Of a stretch of DNA of 64,000 nt, positions 54,551 to 64,000 are shown piece by piece (position 1 is the stretch's first letter; each line of letters starts with the position of its first letter). The DNA comes from a phage, in NCBI GenBank assembly GCA_020857175.1, contig GCA_020857175.1_3048.1, one strand, 5' to 3'. Under the pieces are notes generated by a model, which made no database searches, had not been told where the DNA came from, and saw only the letters and a program-made list of their open reading frames with translations. The translations under genes and the position numbers were made by a program.

Positions 54551-54844
54551 TTACTCACCTACCACTTCAGCGATGATATTTTTATTATTAAAGTTTTTAT
54601 CGCAATACAGAACATAATTATACTGCATTACACCACCAGATTTAAGTTGTTTTTGCACTTCAGCTTTCATTTCAGGACGATCACGTTCAACGATATTCAT
54701 AATATCCGCTTCAATTTGAATTTCAACTTCAGTCTGATCTGCAGTCATAGACCATTCGCACAAATCTTTGTCATAACCCGCCATAGCAGGCTGAGCAGCG
54801 CAAGAAGATAAAGCAAAAATTGCAGCAAAGATAAATTTTTTCAT
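54551..54844 (-). CDS. sp: periplasmic protein Sp (spackle)-like, 97 aa
   Basis: Signal peptide MKKFIFAAIFALSSCAAQPAMA; 97 aa and location as T4 sp (61.3), from memory. Confidence 0.6.
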   Translation of the reverse strand: MKKFIFAAIFALSSCAAQPAMAGYDKDLCEWSMTADQTEVEIQIEADIMNIVERDRPEMKAEVQKQLKSGGVMQYNYVLYCDKNFNNKNIIAEVVGE

Positions 54845-54904
54845 GATAATCTCCTCAGTAGTTTATGTTTATATAGTATCTCAATTTCCAATAAAAGTAA
54901 ACAG

Positions 54905-55162
54905 TTATTTTAAAACTTCTGCATAATCACATGTTACAAACTGTTTCTCTAACTTGGCGATTTTACGAAAGTATCTTTTGCATTGACGAATCTGTCGCTT
55001 TGTAGGGCGCACAGCAAACTTAATAAATTCCACTCGACCAAATGGAGGGCTTTCTTCTGCCGGAATATCTAATACTAATTCCCACGTATCTGCAATAAGT
55101 GCTTTGAATTGAGTATTTTTCCTGACATTATACGGAGTAGGTTTAAATAAAACGATATGCAT
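54905..55162 (-). CDS. hypothetical protein, ~85 aa (61.4-like)
   Basis: ATG at 55162 with GAGGATAA SD directly after dmd stop; longer track ORF starts with TTG. Confidence 0.45.
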   Translation of the reverse strand: MHIVLFKPTPYNVRKNTQFKALIADTWELVLDIPAEESPPFGRVEFIKFAVRPTKRQIRQCKRYFRKIAKLEKQFVTCDYAEVLK

Positions 55163-55163
55163 A

Positions 55164-55346
55164 TTATCCTCGGCAATCCACTTCACATACCTTCTTGTCA
55201 TCAATGAAAGCTTTAACTAGTGCTTTATTAACTTCAGCATATTGAGTAGTAGCCCATTGAACGTCATCTTTCATCATTGTGATCTCTTTAGTAAACATGC
55301 TTTCGTTCTTAAACCACCCCATAAAAACTACCTTTACCAATTCCAT
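55164..55346 (-). CDS. dmd: Dmd-like antitoxin (61.5), 60 aa
   Basis: 60 aa, first ORF downstream of gene 41 with GAGGAGA SD; size and position as T4 dmd. Confidence 0.55.
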   Translation of the reverse strand: MELVKVVFMGWFKNESMFTKEITMMKDDVQWATTQYAEVNKALVKAFIDDKKVCEVDCRG

Positions 55347-55375
55347 AACAATCTCCTCATTTAACCAACAAGACT

Positions 55376-55405
55376 ACTATACCATAGTCTTGTCAGCTTG
55401 TAAAC
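55376..55405 (-). promoter_or_regulatory. T4-type early promoter upstream of dmd
   Basis: Minus strand GTTTAC (55405..55400), 18-nt spacer, TGGTATAGT (55381..55376). Confidence 0.45.
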
Positions 55406-56832
55406 TAAAATTTTAATTCATTTGCCAAAGCATCTAACTGAGCTCGAGCGGATTCGTTTCTTTGATAGCGATTCTGTTCAGCCTGAATTTGCTGTGAACC
55501 TGCTACTTCGTTCACTTCAGTTGGAGTAGAATCTTGTTCAATTTCTACCCATTTCTGATTTCCTTTTTGAACACCCATCAAAAACTTATTCCATTTATTC
55601 TTATCACCGTATCGTGATTTGATTTGCTTAATGAGTTGTTGTTCAGCAGCTGCTAGCTCCTCGGTTTCAATGACCGCAAGCATAAAATCAGCTGTTGCTG
55701 GAAGACCGGCAGATTCTGCAATATCGCTCATGTTAACATCAGAAGAATCCCAAGCTTGTTTACCAACCTGTGCTGCAGTCCAAAGAACAGTTTCGGTTTC
55801 AACAGCAAGAGCACGTAATTCCTCTGCAATGGCTTTAACAGTTGTGTAACTATTTTCTGAGTAAACTCTAATGCGGCAAGATTTACAAATACCCAGATAG
55901 TCGACAATAATGATTGTTGGAACAAAATTCTTCTTGAGCTTTAATTCGTTTAAAAGCGAACGAAATGTATTAGCATCTGCTCCACCAGTAGGATACTGTT
56001 TAACTATTAAACGACCGAGAGTAGATTTCTCGCGCCATTTTTCCATTTTTCCTTTATACTCAGCGTAAGAAATATGCCCGTCATCAATGTCATCAAGAGA
56101 AACATCAAGCATATTAGCATCAATACGCTTAGCACAGACTTCTTCTGCCATTTCCATGGAAATGTAAAGAACATTATGTCCGAGCTGCAAATAATCTGCT
56201 GCCAATGAACACAGACCTAATGACTTACCGACGTTAACACCAGCCATTAAAACGTTCAGTGTTCCAGTTTCAGCTCCACCTTTAGTAATTTTATTTAGAA
56301 TTTTGAGTCTAAATGGAACCTTACGAGCTTTATTCATATAAGATAGCCAACGTGCTTCGTAGTCATCCATCCAATCATGACCAACGTAACTATCAAATGA
56401 AATTGATAATGCTTGGCGCATGATGTCAGGAATAGCACCTACATCTGGCATTTTCTTATTTCGTTTTTCCGGAGGAAGCTCAGCATTAGTTTGAATTTCA
56501 ATTATTTTAGACGTAGCATTAAACATCGCCCTTTGCTGAACATATTTTTCTGTTTCTTTTACTAACCAGCTATGGTCTTCTGGAGAATCGGCTAGTTTCG
56601 AAATAAGTGTTTTTACACCAGAATATTCTGTTTCAGTAAATGAACTATTTTCTAATGCAACATTTAACGCATTAATAGATGGAACGCTATGGTACTCATT
56701 AACATGAGATTTAATTAATTTGAATGTATTTTTAGCTGGACCACTTTCAAAATATTCTGAATCCATATATGGCCAAACTTTTGAAAAATAAGCTTGATCA
56801 AATATGAGATGGGAAAGAATAATTTCTACCAC
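55405..56832 (-). CDS. 41: replicative DNA helicase gp41 (DnaB family), 475 aa
   Basis: Walker A GVNVGKS and DnaB-like motifs; 475 aa; apparent GTG start with AAGGAG SD. Confidence 0.9.
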   Translation of the reverse strand: MVEIILSHLIFDQAYFSKVWPYMDSEYFESGPAKNTFKLIKSHVNEYHSVPSINALNVALENSSFTETEYSGVKTLISKLADSPEDHSWLVKETEKYVQQRAMFNATSKIIEIQTNAELPPEKRNKKMPDVGAIPDIMRQALSISFDSYVGHDWMDDYEARWLSYMNKARKVPFRLKILNKITKGGAETGTLNVLMAGVNVGKSLGLCSLAADYLQLGHNVLYISMEMAEEVCAKRIDANMLDVSLDDIDDGHISYAEYKGKMEKWREKSTLGRLIVKQYPTGGADANTFRSLLNELKLKKNFVPTIIIVDYLGICKSCRIRVYSENSYTTVKAIAEELRALAVETETVLWTAAQVGKQAWDSSDVNMSDIAESAGLPATADFMLAVIETEELAAAEQQLIKQIKSRYGDKNKWNKFLMGVQKGNQKWVEIEQDSTPTEVNEVAGSQQIQAEQNRYQRNESARAQLDALANELKF

Positions 56833-56841
56833 ACTTACTCC

Positions 56842-57186
56842 TTAAAAGAATTTAAACTTTTTCTTTGACCTTTTATTGAATGCATCTTGCAGTTGCATTG
56901 TAATACATTTTTCTACATGAGGAGCTAACTCAGCTTTTCTTTCTTGGTCAAGAACAGCAAAGTCCATTACAACCTTTCCATCAACCCAATCCAGTTTAGT
57001 TACATACACTATATGTGTAGAACCATCTTCTAGTTTAATGACAATCTCCTGGATAACATTTTCCATAGCGGATTTAATTATCTTAAGAGACTCATTAAAA
57101 AGACGTTCTTTTCTTTCTTCTTCCCCCTCCGAAGAGGGAGATTCATCGATAATTTCTAGATCTAAATCTAAATCATCTTTATTCAT
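56842..57186 (-). CDS. 40: gp40 head assembly protein, ~114 aa
   Basis: Between uvsX and 41 as in T4; ATG at 57186 just after uvsX stop (track start 57204 is GTG). Confidence 0.55.
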   Translation of the reverse strand: MNKDDLDLDLEIIDESPSSEGEEERKERLFNESLKIIKSAMENVIQEIVIKLEDGSTHIVYVTKLDWVDGKVVMDFAVLDQERKAELAPHVEKCITMQLQDAFNKRSKKKFKFF

Positions 57187-58354
57187 TAAATTCTTCCATA
57201 TCACTTAACTGTTCGAGGTCAGTTTCTAAATCAGCAGCTGATTTACTTTTACTTTCTGGAGATTTAAATTTTTCAACCTTTGAGTTAATCAATTCATCAA
57301 CTTCAGCTTCAACAATTTCATTACTATCAATAGCACCTAACTGATAAGCACGTTTAATAGCATCTCGGAATGGTTGATGCTTAAATAAAGGACCCCAGAA
57401 TGTAGTGCAGTTAGTATCTTTTGCACGCCAAGATTTTTCTTCGCGAATCATCTCGCCGGTTTCTTCATCAAGAAATTCACGAGCATACCAACCATTTTTA
57501 GGTTTTACCACAAATCCTAATTCTAGAGCCATATCTAACAATCCAGAATAAGGATCGATACCACCGTCAAATTTAACATCAATAAAGAATTTACTTTTTT
57601 CTTTAACGGTACGAGATTTTTCTACATTTAGAACAAATTGATACCCCTGAAGATCAGAACCATCTTTAATCTGACGCTTACCGATAATGAATACGGTATC
57701 AGCCGAATACATTACGCCTGTACCACCTGTCATCACGGTTTTACTAAACATTTCAATGGTTTCAATTGTATGGTTAACTGCAACACATGGAATATTTTTA
57801 ATGCTAAAATAAGGAGTAACAATACGGAATAATGACTTCAGTGATTTAGCACGAGTCATATCTGCCACAGATTTTTCATTCAAGGCATCTTCAGTTTCTT
57901 TCTTAGAAGCCATATTACCAATTGAATCGATGAATACAATAACTTTTTCACCACGCTCAATAGTTTCAAGCTGATTCACCATATCAATTTTCAGCTGTTC
58001 AACTGACTGGATTGGCGTATGAATTACTCGTTCTGGGTCAACTCCCATAGACTTAAGATAAGCCGGAGTGATACCAAACTCTGAGTCATAGAACAAACAG
58101 ATAGCATCAGGATACTTATTCAAATAAGCTGCTACCATTGTCAGTGACATATTAGATTTAAAATGTTTAGAAGGCCCTGCGAAAATAGTTAAACCAGACT
58201 GCATACCACCGTCCAACGCACCGCTAATTGCAATATTCAGCATTGGAATTTTAGTACGAACCACATCCTTTTCATTAAAGAACTTGCTTTTAGTAAGCTC
58301 TGCAGTCATTTTAGAAGTGGAAGCTTTAATCAAACGGGATTTTAAATCAGACAT
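57179..58354 (-). CDS. uvsX: RecA-like recombinase UvsX, 391 aa
   Basis: Walker A GPSKHFKS; 391 aa as T4 UvsX. Confidence 0.95.
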   Translation of the reverse strand: MSDLKSRLIKASTSKMTAELTKSKFFNEKDVVRTKIPMLNIAISGALDGGMQSGLTIFAGPSKHFKSNMSLTMVAAYLNKYPDAICLFYDSEFGITPAYLKSMGVDPERVIHTPIQSVEQLKIDMVNQLETIERGEKVIVFIDSIGNMASKKETEDALNEKSVADMTRAKSLKSLFRIVTPYFSIKNIPCVAVNHTIETIEMFSKTVMTGGTGVMYSADTVFIIGKRQIKDGSDLQGYQFVLNVEKSRTVKEKSKFFIDVKFDGGIDPYSGLLDMALELGFVVKPKNGWYAREFLDEETGEMIREEKSWRAKDTNCTTFWGPLFKHQPFRDAIKRAYQLGAIDSNEIVEAEVDELINSKVEKFKSPESKSKSAADLETDLEQLSDMEEFNE

Positions 58355-58470
58355 TATATTTTTCCATAGGCAGCATTATATTTTACTCATGCTTATAATA
58401 AAGGGTATTGTTATACCCAGAGTTTAACTACATCATATTTAATAATGAGATAATTATATCACCTTATCAT

Positions 58471-58584
58471 TTAGCATTTACTTTTTGATTTCTTACTTTC
58501 ATAAAGGTCATACAGATACAATCCAGCAAGACTAACTGCGGCAAATATTCCTAAGCCAGTAATGAATAATAAAGGTCCTAACAT
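58471..58584 (-). CDS. small hydrophobic peptide, 37 aa
   Basis: Manual translation MLGPLLFITGLGIFAAVSLAGLYLY...; between beta-gt homolog and uvsX. Confidence 0.3.
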   Translation of the reverse strand: MLGPLLFITGLGIFAAVSLAGLYLYDLYESKKSKSKC

Positions 58585-58596
58585 ATTAACCTCAAA

Positions 58597-59673
58597 TTAA
58601 GCGGTGATATCGAGAACGCGAAGAAGCTCTTCTTGCCATTCTGATTTTAAACTTTGATACTTAAATAGGGTTTGATGTTGTATTGTAATCAATTCCCGCC
58701 TCAAGCACTCATTGGTTTTTAACTCATTTACTAAAGTTTCAAAATCATTTTTATTCTTAACGTAGAATCTAGGGTCGTCAATAATAAGATGCTCGCTATC
58801 AAACTCTTCATCGATAAGCATCACAGCATCTGATGCCATGGCCTCCCAGACTCTAATTGTGATAAAATTATCATTGTAATCTTTATCACCAATGACTATA
58901 GTTGCTATCGCTTGGCTATTCGTGTCAATAACCAAATTTGATGCTATTTTTTGACTGAATGATGGAGCTACATTCCACGGAAATTTAGGATTTTTAAACT
59001 GTTTCTCTTTAATAGTTCCAAACATTTTAATATTTAAATTGGTATCAAAAAGAAATTCAACTATTTTAGACTCTCGTTGCCCACCTCTAAACGCGCCGCA
59101 GTACACAACGTCATATTTTTTAATAGTTTGATTCGCAGGTTTAAGTTTCTGTGAATGAATAAAATATCTATCTACAGGAAAGTAATCATACTCAAATTCT
59201 TTACCGTATCTTTCGGTTGTTTTCTTATGAGCCTTTTTAGCAATTTCTAGATTTCTGCCCTGAGATATTACTTTAAAGTCAGATGACACAAATAAGTCTT
59301 CATCTTTGTATTCACTTGAAAATTTCTTTCTGCGAACTACCGGAAGAACTTGCATAAATCCAAGACGGCCATCAGTAAAAATATAATAAATTTTACTTCT
59401 ATATTCAGCCATCAATTTATATGAATTTAAAACGATTGGATTTTTCTTTCCACCGAAGAAATTGATAGCGCCATTAATTACTATTAGTCTATCGTATGAA
59501 TTTATATCAGTTACTACATCAAATGATATAGTGTATTCAGTATTTCGCATTGAAATTATATCAACGGAATGCCCTAATTCAGTTAAAGACCTGCCTATTA
59601 AAATAGTTTCGGCTGATGATACTATTTTAAAATCACTCACAGTATTACTTAAATTTAGAATAGCTATTTTCAT
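58597..59673 (-). CDS. beta-glucosyltransferase-family DNA hmC glycosyltransferase (GT-B), 358 aa
   Basis: N-terminus MKIAILNLSNTV and C-terminus FITIRVWEAMASDAVMLIDEEFD resemble T4 beta-gt; middle diverged. Confidence 0.7.
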   Translation of the reverse strand: MKIAILNLSNTVSDFKIVSSAETILIGRSLTELGHSVDIISMRNTEYTISFDVVTDINSYDRLIVINGAINFFGGKKNPIVLNSYKLMAEYRSKIYYIFTDGRLGFMQVLPVVRRKKFSSEYKDEDLFVSSDFKVISQGRNLEIAKKAHKKTTERYGKEFEYDYFPVDRYFIHSQKLKPANQTIKKYDVVYCGAFRGGQRESKIVEFLFDTNLNIKMFGTIKEKQFKNPKFPWNVAPSFSQKIASNLVIDTNSQAIATIVIGDKDYNDNFITIRVWEAMASDAVMLIDEEFDSEHLIIDDPRFYVKNKNDFETLVNELKTNECLRRELITIQHQTLFKYQSLKSEWQEELLRVLDITA

Positions 59674-60521
59674 GATATTTCCGTAACTTCAACTTTGTGA
59701 ATAGCATTAAACTTATGAAATGCTTCTGATTTTTCTTTACGCGAAACGCACATGCGAAGAACCTTTAATGGCTCGTCTTCTTCACCCAACGATTTTCGTT
59801 TTTCAATATTAGAAGTTTTCCAACGAGCTTGCTCTGGAAACTCTCTATTGATTTGCTCAAGCGCTCTATTATGTTTAGAATTACTACGAATTGAACTACA
59901 CCCGCCAGGAGCTTGTGCTTTTCCAGATACAACTAGATATTTGAACAAGGCCAAATGCGGATAACCTTGATTAATTAAATTGAGAAATGCATACATATCT
60001 TCGCATAAATCAATTTTTCCATACCCAATTTGTTCTGTCGTAAGTTTTCCGAGGTCATACCATGTATTCGTGAATCCATATGAATTTTCACGATAATTAC
60101 CCCAAGATGAAGTAATTTTAAAAATTGGTAGACGAGCATGACCGTGATAATACCCGCAATCCATGGCATCTTCAACATATTGAATCAATTCATAGAACTG
60201 TTCACGAGTTAATTGATTAATTTTATCTACGCGCCGTTTATCGTCTCTCTTTCGTATTGAACTCATACGGATAGTAGTATCATCGTCAATCATCCAGATT
60301 CGTTGACCTGCATACATATCAGTAATTGCTTTACGAGTACCGGCAATTCCATTAACATCATCAGGAATAGTTACAATTTTAGCTCTAGACCCATAGGCAT
60401 CATAATAAGCTTTTTCTTCGTGTTCACGCACTATAATATGCGGTTCATAATCAGTCGGAAACATATCAAGGGCAGAAACTGCCCCGACACGTTGATAACT
60501 TGGAATTACGAATTGAATCAT
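59670..60521 (-). CDS. predicted GT-A-fold glycosyltransferase with DxD motif, ~283 aa
   Basis: QFVIPSYQR N-terminal strand and IWMIDDDTTIR DxD motif; ATG at 60521 (AGGTGA SD) overlaps gene 42 stop (ATGA); stop overlaps beta-gt start. Confidence 0.55.
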   Translation of the reverse strand: MIQFVIPSYQRVGAVSALDMFPTDYEPHIIVREHEEKAYYDAYGSRAKIVTIPDDVNGIAGTRKAITDMYAGQRIWMIDDDTTIRMSSIRKRDDKRRVDKINQLTREQFYELIQYVEDAMDCGYYHGHARLPIFKITSSWGNYRENSYGFTNTWYDLGKLTTEQIGYGKIDLCEDMYAFLNLINQGYPHLALFKYLVVSGKAQAPGGCSSIRSNSKHNRALEQINREFPEQARWKTSNIEKRKSLGEEDEPLKVLRMCVSRKEKSEAFHKFNAIHKVEVTEIS

Positions 60522-61258
60522 TTCCACTCACCTTTATAGTCTTTTTTCACAATATGAGTTTCGCCAGTATTCCACCAATGATCAACCAAATAAAAATGAC
60601 GAGAATATACATGAAGACTTCCAACATTCCATATAATAGAACCTGCTTTATACTGACGAGTTGAATCGCCTGCATTCAAATCAGATACTAATTTATCTAA
60701 TACGTATTTTTGCCATGCATAATCATTACGGAATCCGAAGACCACGTCATTTGAGCGCATGCTTACTACCGCATTGACTTTCTTATCACGAATCAAGTAC
60801 TGTACTGTATTAGTACACATGAAATCTGACATACCATCTTTATTGTAGTCAAACTGCATAGATGGACGAGTATAAATCATGATACCACGTCGAGAATCAG
60901 GATTTTGACCAAGTTCAGCTAAACACATATCATACTGGGCATAGTTATCTTCTGACCAAATAGCCCAACCATAATTCGAGTTAATTTCGCCTTTAGAAGA
61001 TGCTACCTGCTGCCAAATCTTTGGTGTTTCACCTGGAATATCTTTAACAAACAAACTCTTAGATTTATACCATTCAAGTTCACGCTGAATGTATTCATCA
61101 TTAAGAGCGCCAAAAATAAACGGTTCATCTGCTACAAATGATGCGCCAATAATTTCAATAGTTTTAACACCAGTTTTATCAACTACGAAATCTTTTTCTT
61201 TTAATGCAAGCCCCAAATGAAGACGGATTTCTTCAACTGTCATAGAGTCACTAATCAT
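60518..61258 (-). CDS. 42: dCMP hydroxymethylase gp42, 246 aa
   Basis: Thymidylate-synthase-like fold; 246 aa as T4 gp42. Confidence 0.9.
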   Translation of the reverse strand: MISDSMTVEEIRLHLGLALKEKDFVVDKTGVKTIEIIGASFVADEPFIFGALNDEYIQRELEWYKSKSLFVKDIPGETPKIWQQVASSKGEINSNYGWAIWSEDNYAQYDMCLAELGQNPDSRRGIMIYTRPSMQFDYNKDGMSDFMCTNTVQYLIRDKKVNAVVSMRSNDVVFGFRNDYAWQKYVLDKLVSDLNAGDSTRQYKAGSIIWNVGSLHVYSRHFYLVDHWWNTGETHIVKKDYKGEWK

Positions 61259-61265
61259 TTAAACC

Positions 61266-61415
61266 TCAATTGATACATTCATATTTAACTTGTAACAGTA
61301 ATAAACTCCAACCTAAAATAATAGTTGGAATCATAAGAGGAACCGTTACACTATAGTATATACTTATTATAATCATCAAGATTAAAAGCAACACTGCTAT
61401 AATTTTGCTTTTCAT
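61266..61415 (-). CDS. small membrane protein, 49 aa
   Basis: Manual translation MKSKIIAVLLLILMIIISIYYSV...; ATGA overlap with imm stop. Confidence 0.4.
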   Translation of the reverse strand: MKSKIIAVLLLILMIIISIYYSVTVPLMIPTIILGWSLLLLQVKYECIN

Positions 61416-61663
61416 TCCTTCTCTCTGATGATAATTACCTGATTTGGTTGTGCAGACTTTTTAGTTTCACCCGCAATTGACCAAATAAATGTAATAAACC
61501 AACCAATAATTGACCAGTTAAACAGTAAAGATGTGAAAAAGATTCCTACTGTCGATTTTGACCCACGCATCAAAGCAATAAACCATGGAAGCATGTATAT
61601 AATAATAGCCAACACGCCTGAAACTAAAACCATAAAAATTGAACCTGCTACTAAAGTTTCCAT
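61412..61663 (-). CDS. imm: superinfection immunity membrane protein Imm, 83 aa
   Basis: Two TM segments; 83 aa and position as T4 imm. Confidence 0.75.
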   Translation of the reverse strand: METLVAGSIFMVLVSGVLAIIIYMLPWFIALMRGSKSTVGIFFTSLLFNWSIIGWFITFIWSIAGETKKSAQPNQVIIIREKE

Positions 61664-61670
61664 GTTTTCC

Positions 61671-62051
61671 TCACTTAGTCAAATTTTTTACGCATGAATT
61701 ATAAGAATTCACTACATACTCCATCGGAGCATTTTTACCAGTACGCCATTGGTAATTATTAGCCCAATTAGCCCAAATTTCGGCGCAGTAGTTTTCAATT
61801 TTTTCTTCGTGTGTAATTACATCAGAATTACGATATGCTTGAGCAGATTCATCTGGACGAATAGCTTCGTCAAAATTCGCCTGCATTTGTTCGACTGTTT
61901 GCTTTGGAGCTTCTTTATAACACTTGACATTAGGATTATAAAATTTGCTTGAACAGTTTACAATTTTTCCTACATCAGACTGATTTACTACCGGTCCTTG
62001 AGCTACACAACCAGTAAGACCTAATGCAATAACCAAAATAGCGATTTTCAT
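61671..62051 (-). CDS. putative lipoprotein, 126 aa
   Basis: Signal peptide with lipobox LTGC; ATG start. Confidence 0.5.
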   Translation of the reverse strand: MKIAILVIALGLTGCVAQGPVVNQSDVGKIVNCSSKFYNPNVKCYKEAPKQTVEQMQANFDEAIRPDESAQAYRNSDVITHEEKIENYCAEIWANWANNYQWRTGKNAPMEYVVNSYNSCVKNLTK

Positions 62052-62061
62052 AATAATTTCC

Positions 62062-62298
62062 TCAAATGCAAGTAGTAATTACTCCAGTAGTGCTTATGCA
62101 GGTATTACCCATTTGCACACCTAAAGATCCATTTGTATTCACATGAAGATTATCATCAATTTTAACTGATATTTTACCATTAGTGTGAATAACGGTGCTA
62201 GATTCAATCACAGGTTGAGTATCATTTTCAACACTAACAAATGGAACTGCTGCTAATGCAACTAAACAAACTGCTAAGCATCCCATAACAATTTTCAT
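62062..62298 (-). CDS. small secreted protein, ~78 aa
   Basis: ATG at 62298 with GGAGAA SD; signal-peptide-like N-terminus; track start is TTG. Confidence 0.45.
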   Translation of the reverse strand: MKIVMGCLAVCLVALAAVPFVSVENDTQPVIESSTVIHTNGKISVKIDDNLHVNTNGSLGVQMGNTCISTTGVITTCI

Positions 62299-62335
62299 TT
62301 CATTCTCCAAATCCGTATCAGTAGTTGATAGTTGT

Positions 62336-62365
62336 ATAGTACCATGGAAGAACAGTCTTGTAAAC
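62336..62365 (-). promoter_or_regulatory. T4-type early promoter
   Basis: Minus strand GTTTAC (62365..62360), 18-nt spacer, TGGTACTAT (62341..62336). Confidence 0.5.
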
Positions 62366-62445
62366 AGTTTTGTGAAAATTTTTTAGGGAATTCTAAATGT
62401 CCAGAATCATCTGTTTTTCATAAGTATAGATTTATATTACTTGTA

Positions 62446-62468
62446 TGAAAAAGGGACCCGGAGGTCCC
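62446..62468 (-). terminator. rho-independent terminator downstream of gene 43
   Basis: GGGACC-CGGA-GGTCCC hairpin followed on minus strand by U-run. Confidence 0.55.
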
Positions 62469-62481
62469 TAGATTTATTCTA

Positions 62482-64000
62482 TCAGCCAAACAGGAAGTCT
62501 AACGAAGCTTTTTCTTCATAGTCCATACCAGCCGATTCACACATGCCCGCAAGCGGTTTAACAAACGATTTTTGGAACAAAGTTGAGTAGTCAATCCAAG
62601 ACAGTACGTCAGAACGAATTTCTTTTGGAAGTTCTGTACCCGACGGCCAAGCAATGCATTTGTCACCAAATGGATTTCCTTCACGCAATGGAAGAACCAT
62701 TACTTTATTTCCATCCAAAATTGGAGCTACACCTAAACCGCTAACAGCTCGACGATAAGTTAGCACACCGCGAATATGGAACGGGCATTTAAATCCTGGC
62801 CAACCTTTATCATCATATTTCGCTATATCGTTCGCAGTTTTTACTTCAGCAATAACTTTATAGTCAAGTTGACGATATTCTTTCTCGAAGTTCTTGTAGT
62901 ATTCTTGGACAGACTCTTCACCTTCTTGAAGAATACGACGAATACTTTCTTCGAGAGCTTCTTGGACCGCTTTAGGCGTTGAACTCTGCTGAGTTTCCAT
63001 ACCCATGATTTTTAGATGCGGTTCAGCAAATCGTTTATCTTCCATATCATAAACGTTCAGAGCATAACGCTTTTTCGCTTTCCAAAATCCACCAATACCC
63101 TTTGAACCAAGTGGAGGGCAAGAAATAGCTTCACGGTCCATATGCATCAGATGCTCGCGGTTATTCATATAATCACATAACTCACGATATGCAACATCAA
63201 TCATAGGTTCCATCTTTTTCTTACCGAACTGATTCATAAATTCAACCAAATCGTTCTGCTCTTTGAATCGGTCAAGACCAACTTTTTCAATAACTTTATC
63301 TACACAAACATATACCGAATCAGTATCACCTGCTGCGATGAAATCTTCGCCATTAGTTCCACATACTTTATTCAGATACTCATTAATTTTACGAGCAATC
63401 CACTGAATACCAACTTGGCCGAAAATTGTGATAGCAGTAGCATTTCGCAAATCATAGTAACGGAAATGAATATTACCAAGAGCACCATAAAGACTGTTAA
63501 TAAGAATTTTACGGTTCAGCTGATTTGTATTAGCAAGTGTAGCAGCTTTTTCACATTCCTCAATCAGACTATTGAGAACAGATTCAGTATAATTCGACAG
63601 TTCATTTAAGAAATCATCACTGAACTTAACATATCGTTCAACTTCTGGTTTAGTTGAACAAGACCCTGCGCCTTTCATAATAATCTTTTTAATAGCTTCG
63701 GCATTCATTTCTTCAGCGAACATTTTCTTTTTCCAGTCTTTACGCTGGAAAAATACTTTAGCGATTTCCTTTGGAATGATACCTTCTTGATGCTTATCAT
63801 ACATCCATCCATTCGGAGAACAAGAATATTCATCACTCGGTTTAGGAGCTGTTCCTGCAATATATTCATGAATTGGATGAACTTTAAACTGACCACGAAT
63901 AGTCTCAGGACTAATGTTAACCTGACGAATAATGCTCGGATACAGAGACGTCAAGTCAAAACTCATAATATATCGACGAGCAATTGGTTTAGGTTCAAAT
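62482..64000 (-). CDS. 43: DNA polymerase gp43, C-terminal ~505 codons; 5' end beyond window
   Basis: Frame open to window edge; ...FEPKPIARRYIMSFDLTSLYPSIIRQ (motif A), DTDS (motif C), C-terminal clamp tail ...ASLDFLFG. Confidence 0.9.
   Translation of the reverse strand, partial: FEPKPIARRYIMSFDLTSLYPSIIRQVNISPETIRGQFKVHPIHEYIAGTAPKPSDEYSCSPNGWMYDKHQEGIIPKEIAKVFFQRKDWKKKMFAEEMNAEAIKKIIMKGAGSCSTKPEVERYVKFSDDFLNELSNYTESVLNSLIEECEKAATLANTNQLNRKILINSLYGALGNIHFRYYDLRNATAITIFGQVGIQWIARKINEYLNKVCGTNGEDFIAAGDTDSVYVCVDKVIEKVGLDRFKEQNDLVEFMNQFGKKKMEPMIDVAYRELCDYMNNREHLMHMDREAISCPPLGSKGIGGFWKAKKRYALNVYDMEDKRFAEPHLKIMGMETQQSSTPKAVQEALEESIRRILQEGEESVQEYYKNFEKEYRQLDYKVIAEVKTANDIAKYDDKGWPGFKCPFHIRGVLTYRRAVSGLGVAPILDGNKVMVLPLREGNPFGDKCIAWPSGTELPKEIRSDVLSWIDYSTLFQKSFVKPLAGMCESAGMDYEEKASLDFLFG

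Overview
This 64-kb window is a contiguous segment of a T-even (T4-like) coliphage genome, collinear with T4. Reading left to right: the 5' part of pseT, then alc, rnlA, denA, nrdB, nrdA, td (split by the 1016-nt group I intron carrying I-TevI), frd, genes 32, 59, 33, dsbA and rnh, all on the minus strand. The plus strand then carries the late long-tail-fibre operon 34-35-36-37-38 and holin t. After that the minus strand resumes with asiA, motA, 52, ac, stp, ndd, denB, rIIB, rIIA, a fused gene 39 (no gene 60 split or bypass), dexA, dda, an srd-like gene, modA, modB, soc, a segF-like GIY-YIG gene, 56, dam, 61, sp, dmd, 41, 40, uvsX, a beta-glucosyltransferase homolog, 42, imm and the 3' half of gene 43. 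All identifications rest on my own reading of the six-frame translations and recall of T4 proteins; no searches were run. It is not T4 itself: nrdB has no intron, there is no mobE between nrdA and nrdB, gene 39 is fused, and gp37/gp38 are T2-type (gp37 with a C-terminal self-cleaving chaperone-like domain, gp38 a 260-aa polyglycine adhesin). Many longest-ORF starts in the track are TTG/GTG artefacts; I moved starts to ATG codons with Shine-Dalgarno support where I could. The loci that look additional or altered relative to T4 are: (1) a 186-aa ORF with a D-x13-E-x-K nuclease-type motif, translationally coupled to dam, with a convergent small membrane ORF; (2) a 283-aa GT-A-like DxD protein between the beta-gt homolog and gene 42; (3) an apparent single-base frameshift in modB; (4) a frameshift at a T7/A7 tract in another gene; (5) a tandem paralog family with a decayed third copy; (6) a degenerate HNH-like motif in the srd-position gene. 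No CRISPR, tRNA or integrase was found.
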